Shown one piece after another: positions 27,777 through 32,000 of a stretch of DNA of 32,000 bases; positions within the stretch are counted from its first letter, which is position 1; every line of letters begins with the position of its first letter. Origin of the DNA: Dickeya solani IPO 2222 (lineage in GTDB: Bacteria > Pseudomonadota > Gammaproteobacteria > Enterobacterales > Enterobacteriaceae). The translations under genes were made by a program, and so were the position numbers. The notes under the pieces were generated by a model that saw nothing but the letters and a program-made list of their open reading frames with translations, was not told where the DNA came from and did no database searches. The stretch is taken from contig NZ_CP015137.1 of NCBI RefSeq assembly GCF_001644705.1, forward strand, positions 1,110,001 to 1,142,000, given 5' to 3'.

Positions 27777-30260
27777 TCAGGCGGGCTCCGCCGGTTTCTT
27801 CTTTTTGCTGGCGCGCTTGGCGCGAGTAGCTGCAGCAATTTTACGCGTTTTTTCGGCGTTCTTTTGCGATTTTTCCGTCTTCTTCTTGCCGTCGGTTTTC
27901 GCTTTATCTTTATCCTTGGCCTTGCCGGCAGGCTGACGCTTGCCGTCGCCTTCGGTACGGAATGCGCTGTTCGGTTCAAAGTTGGCGCGCTGACCGGTAC
28001 GGCGACGACGCGGCGGTTTTGCATCCGCCTCGCCGCCTTTCTTCGCCCGATCGCGCGCGGTCTTACCTTCACCGCGGACCTTACGGGTGGAAGACACCAG
28101 CGCAAAATCGATCTTGCGTTCATCCATGTGCACGGCCTCAACGCGAATCTGCACTTCGTCCCCCAGTCGGTACACCTGACCGCGGGATTCGCCAATCAAC
28201 CGCTGGCCGACATTGTCATAACGATAGTAGTCGTTATCCAGCGTCGAAACATGAACCAGACCGTCGATAAACAGGTCGTTGAGACGCACAAAGAAACCAA
28301 AACCGGTGACGCTGGAGATAATACCGGTAAAGGCTTCGCCGACATGATCCTGCATGAAGTCGCACTTCAGCCAGTCGGCCACGTCGCGCGTAGCTTCATC
28401 GGCCCGGCGCTCGGTCATCGAACAGTGTTCGCCCAGTTGCAGCATCTCGTTGAAATCCGAGTGCCAGCCGCCGCTGTGCGTCCAGCGGGCTTTACGATCG
28501 CTGAGCAGGTACTTGATGGCCCGGTGCAGCGACAGATCCGGGTAACGCCGAATCGGTGAAGTGAAGTGCGCGTACGAAGTCAGTGCCAGACCGAAATGAC
28601 CGCGGTTTTCCGGGTCGTACACCGCCTGTTTCATCGAACGCAGCAGCATGGTTTGCAGCATCTCATGATCCGGCCTGTCGGCGATGGAATCCATCAGTTC
28701 GGCATAATCTTTCGGCTGCGGCTTCATGCCGCCTTTCAGCGTCAACCCCAGTTCGCCGAGCACGCTGCGCAGCGCCAACACATGATCCTCGCTGGGCTGG
28801 TCATGCACACGGAACAGCGCCGGTTCTTCGCCCTTCTCGACAAACTTCGCCGCCGAGATGTTGGCCAGAATCATGCATTCTTCAATCAGCTTGTGCGCGT
28901 CGTTGCGCACCACCGCTTCCACCCGCTCGATGCGGCGTTCAGCGTTGAAGATAAATTTGGCTTCTTCGGTTTCGAACGCGATGCCGCCGCGCACCTCACG
29001 GGCATGATCCAGCACCTTGTACATCCGGTGCAGCTCTTCCAACGGCGCGACCAGCGGCTGGTAATGCTCGCGCAGCGCCTCATCGCCCTGCAGGATGCTC
29101 CACACCTTGGTATAGGTGAGGCGGGCATGCGAACTCATTACCGCCTCATAGAAGGTATAGCCGGACAGTTTCCCTTGGGTGGAAATCGTCATTTCGCACA
29201 CCATACACAGGCGATCCACCTGCGGGTTGAGCGAACACAGCCCGTTGGAAAGCACTTCCGGCAACATCGGCACTACCTGCGACGGGAAGTAGACCGAGGT
29301 ACCGCGCGCGCGGGCTTCATGGTCCAGCGCCGTACCGGGACGCACGTAATAGCTGACGTCGGCGATCGCCACCCACAGCCGCCAGCCGCCGCCGCGTTTC
29401 TTCTCACAGTACACGGCATCGTCAAAATCGCGCGCGTCTTCGCCGTCGATGGTAACCAGCGGCAGAGAACGCAGGTCCACCCGGCCTTTCTTGGCGTTTT
29501 CCGGCACCTCTTCCGCCAGGTCGCTCACCTGCTCTTCCACCTTGGGCGGCCAGCTGTGCGGAATTTCATGGGTGCGCAACGCGATATCCACCGCCAGCCC
29601 GGTGCCCATGTTGTCGCCGAGGATCTCCACGACCTTGCCGATAGCCTTGGTGCGGCGAGTGGCACGTTGGGTCAGTTCCACCACCACCACCGACCCCATG
29701 CGGGCGCCGGCGATAAATTCCGGCGGGATCAGGATGTCGAAGCTGAGCCGGCTGTCGTCCGGCACCACGAAGCCGGTGCCGGCCTCGGTGAAGTAACGCC
29801 CGACGATCTGGTTGGTGCGGGGCTCCAGAATGCGCACGATACGCCCTTCGCGGCGCCCTCTGCGGTCTTCGCCCAACGGCTGGGCCAACACCACATCGCC
29901 ATGAATCACCGTTTTCATCTGCTCGGCGGAGAGGTAAAGATCGTCTTTACGCCCTTCCACCCGCAGGAAACCGTAGCCATCGCGGTGGCCAAGCACCGTG
30001 CCGCGCAGCAGATCCAGCTTTTCCGGCAGCGCATAGCACTGGCGGCGGGTAAACACCAGTTGCCCATCGCGCTCCATGGCGCGTAACCGGCGGCGCAGGG
30101 CCTCCAGTTGCTCATCGGTGGTCAGTTGCAGATCGGTGGCCAGTTCCTCACGGCTGATAGGCGTATCCCGTTTTGCCAGATGCTCAAGAATGTACTCGCG
30201 GCTGGGGATGGGGGATTCATATTTTTCTGCTTCACGTTCCAGAAACGGATCTTGTGACAT
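27777..30260 (-). CDS. rnr: Ribonuclease R
   Basis: The start at 30260 has GGAGGAA upstream and gives [28 protein letters not shown].... The product is colinear with E. coli RNase R through the RNB and S1 domains and the Lys-rich tail. The ORF-track start at 30308 is over-extended into nsrR. Confidence 0.96.
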   Translation of the reverse strand: MSQDPFLEREAEKYESPIPSREYILEHLAKRDTPISREELATDLQLTTDEQLEALRRRLRAMERDGQLVFTRRQCYALPEKLDLLRGTVLGHRDGYGFLRVEGRKDDLYLSAEQMKTVIHGDVVLAQPLGEDRRGRREGRIVRILEPRTNQIVGRYFTEAGTGFVVPDDSRLSFDILIPPEFIAGARMGSVVVVELTQRATRRTKAIGKVVEILGDNMGTGLAVDIALRTHEIPHSWPPKVEEQVSDLAEEVPENAKKGRVDLRSLPLVTIDGEDARDFDDAVYCEKKRGGGWRLWVAIADVSYYVRPGTALDHEARARGTSVYFPSQVVPMLPEVLSNGLCSLNPQVDRLCMVCEMTISTQGKLSGYTFYEAVMSSHARLTYTKVWSILQGDEALREHYQPLVAPLEELHRMYKVLDHAREVRGGIAFETEEAKFIFNAERRIERVEAVVRNDAHKLIEECMILANISAAKFVEKGEEPALFRVHDQPSEDHVLALRSVLGELGLTLKGGMKPQPKDYAELMDSIADRPDHEMLQTMLLRSMKQAVYDPENRGHFGLALTSYAHFTSPIRRYPDLSLHRAIKYLLSDRKARWTHSGGWHSDFNEMLQLGEHCSMTERRADEATRDVADWLKCDFMQDHVGEAFTGIISSVTGFGFFVRLNDLFIDGLVHVSTLDNDYYRYDNVGQRLIGESRGQVYRLGDEVQIRVEAVHMDERKIDFALVSSTRKVRGEGKTARDRAKKGGEADAKPPRRRRTGQRANFEPNSAFRTEGDGKRQPAGKAKDKDKAKTDGKKKTEKSQKNAEKTRKIAAATRAKRASKKKKPAEPA

Positions 30261-30300
30261 TGCGGTTCCTCCGTTGTCATCAGCAGGCGGCTGAACAAGC

Positions 30301-30726
30301 TTATTCAACCAGAAGTAATTTATAGAGGGGTGGGTTTTCTTCTACCATATCGGCGAGCGTGTAATTATCCAGTTCCTTCAGGAAATTTTGTACGGCCTGC
30401 TGCAGCACCTGCTTCAGGCGGCAGGCAGAGGTGATATGACAAAATTCCTTGCTGCAGTTAACCAGCGACAATGGCTCCAGCTCTCGCACCACATCCCCGA
30501 TGCGAATGGTGGACGGATCGCGGCCCAGCCGGATACCACCGTTTTTACCGCGCACCGCCATAATCAGCCCGGCGCGGCTCAACTGATTGATGATCTTCAC
30601 CATATGGTTACGTGAAACGCCATACACTTCAGTCACTTCTGAGATGCTGGTCATTTTGCCCTCCGGCAATGACGCCATATAGATCAGCGCCCTCAAACCA
30701 TAATCTGTAAAACTTGTTAACTGCAC
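30301..30726 (-). CDS. nsrR: Nitric-oxide-sensing [Fe-S] transcriptional repressor NsrR (Rrf2 family)
   Basis: The start is GTG at 30726. The 141-aa product [53 protein letters not shown]... contains the three cluster cysteines (C..C.....C) and ends PLYKLLLVE. It is colinear with E. coli NsrR. Confidence 0.96.
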   Translation of the reverse strand: MQLTSFTDYGLRALIYMASLPEGKMTSISEVTEVYGVSRNHMVKIINQLSRAGLIMAVRGKNGGIRLGRDPSTIRIGDVVRELEPLSLVNCSKEFCHITSACRLKQVLQQAVQNFLKELDNYTLADMVEENPPLYKLLLVE

Positions 30727-31086
30727 AGAGACCTCTGGGTACCTTGCCGGACAGTCATACGACCGCCCCGAAAAAACGCGGGCTGGAACCGGGGTGGCGC
30801 TCGTTAGCCCTGGTCCGTACCCGTCATGTTCATTTTTTATCAGCAGATGATAAACCAGTGATCAACGTCGGGCGAATTTATTTAGCGCCAACCGATCCTT
30901 TCCAAAGCCGAATTCCCCGAGTCCATGTATTTCCATTCACAAAAGATAAGAGAATCGTGCTTCCTAACATACTGTTTCATCTGTTATGTTCTGAACAAAA
31001 ATAACCCTACAACACCTTAACGTACGGCGAGCCCGGAATAGGCTCTGTCAGTGGTTTTTTGCTCTGCACACACTAGGAAATGAACC

Positions 31087-32000
31087 ATGCGTTTGAAAAA
31101 TCTCTCCATCCGCACCGGTCTGCTAACACTGCTGACCGTCATCACCCTATTGTTACTGCTGGTCAGCGGTATGGGGATTCAGGCCATCAACAAGAGCCGT
31201 GCCTCCCTGACGGCGCTCAATCAGATTCAGGGAGAACAGCTGGGCGCGTTAATGAATGGTTATAACCTGACGTTACGAGCCAGAGCCTCCGCCACGCTGG
31301 CGGTGCGCAAAATCGAAATCGGTTTGCTGGATGTCGGCGTCAAAGAGACCGAAAAGCTGGAAGGCTATGTGCAACAGTCGGAAAAGGATATTCGTCAGTT
31401 TAACAGCGTGGGAACCAACGGCGAGCAGGAACAGAAACTGGCGCAACAGGTGTTAAAAAGTTATCAGGATTACCTGAATCAGGGGCTGAAGCCGATGATG
31501 GACTCCCTGAAAAAGCAGTACACCGACGAATATTACACCTTGCTGGAAAACAACCTGACGCCCCTGAGCGACGCGTTTGATAAATCCATCCAGAACTTCC
31601 GCAGCTACTCCCAGCAACTCTCCGAACAACATATCCAGCAGGCCAATAACAACGAACGGCTGATGCTGATGCTGATCGCGTTTGCCTGTCTGCTGTCTCT
31701 GCTGCTGGTGCTGCTGGGCTGGCTGGCGTTGCGCCACATGCTGCTCAAACCGCTGGATTACGCGATTGAACAACTGGAACACGTGGCCTCCGGCGATTTG
31801 ACCCGCCGCATTACTCAGGGCGGCAACAATGAACTGGGGCGGCTGAACGACGCCATCGAGCGCATGCAATTAGCGCTGCTGGATTCGGTCAGTCAGGTGC
31901 GTGACGCCAGCCACCAGATCGATCAAGGCAGCCGTGAGTTGTTCAGCGGCAACCGCAATCTGGCGGAACGGACCGAAGAGTCGGTCGCGGCGCTGGAACA
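31087..32000 (+). CDS. Methyl-accepting chemotaxis protein with a four-helix-bundle (Tar/Tsr-like) sensor. 5' part only; it continues beyond the window end.
   Basis: The ORF track omits this gene because it has no stop in the window. My translation from ATG 31087 (AGGAAA upstream) gives MRLKNLSIRTGLLTLLTVITLLLLLVSGMGIQAINKSRASL..., then TM2 (LMLMLIAFACLLSLLLVLLGWLAL) and HAMP (PLDYAIEQLEHVASGDLTRRI...NELGRLNDAIERMQLAL). It stays open to position 32000. Confidence 0.88.
   Translation, partial: MRLKNLSIRTGLLTLLTVITLLLLLVSGMGIQAINKSRASLTALNQIQGEQLGALMNGYNLTLRARASATLAVRKIEIGLLDVGVKETEKLEGYVQQSEKDIRQFNSVGTNGEQEQKLAQQVLKSYQDYLNQGLKPMMDSLKKQYTDEYYTLLENNLTPLSDAFDKSIQNFRSYSQQLSEQHIQQANNNERLMLMLIAFACLLSLLLVLLGWLALRHMLLKPLDYAIEQLEHVASGDLTRRITQGGNNELGRLNDAIERMQLALLDSVSQVRDASHQIDQGSRELFSGNRNLAERTEESVAALE

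Noticed and set aside
31010-31060. A possible sigma-28 promoter for the third MCP (CTTAACGT...GCCCGGAATA)
   Set aside because: The best alignment gives about 5 of 8 matches in the -10 element and no acceptable -35 element at 11-nt spacing. This is not convincing, unlike the other two MCP promoters.

Overview
This window looks like a conserved enterobacterial chromosomal block with mid-50s %GC by eye. My guess is a Dickeya/Pectobacterium-like genome, which I cannot verify here. The gene order is tamB-tamA / msrA / ytfL / ytfK / cysQ / cpdB / ytfE / DUF2502 gene / fklB / ytfB / yeaO-like, then an accessory segment of about 8 kb, then rplI-rpsR-priB-rpsF / yjfP / MCP / bsmA / small secreted protein / rlmB-rnr-nsrR / MCP. 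Most calls rest on near-colinear similarity to E. coli proteins recalled from memory. Many ORF-track starts needed trimming to the start that has an RBS. Two genes, tamB and the last MCP, are missing from the ORF track because they run off the window. I found no rRNA, tRNA, CRISPR, transposase, integrase, phage or recognisable defence genes. The most interesting part is the accessory segment at about 13.4-21.4 kb. It holds a DHDPS-family aldolase/dehydratase-like gene, a LacI-family regulator, a compositionally chimeric chemoreceptor with its own sigma-28 promoter, and an MFS-FAH hydrolase operon. That operon is headed by a 60-codon relic of the DHDPS-like gene lying in inverted orientation. 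The relic keeps the promoter region, a duplicated GCAAACGTT operator-like motif, the RBS, the start and the stop, and it stays in frame across three deletions. This looks like promoter/operator capture that places two divergent transcription units under one regulator. Other observations are a canonical NsrR box at ytfE in the same window as nsrR itself, three MCP genes at apparent synteny breakpoints (two with strong FliA promoters), and several unexplained short tandem repeats in intergenic regions. All functional interpretations of the island are inference and need database and experimental checks.
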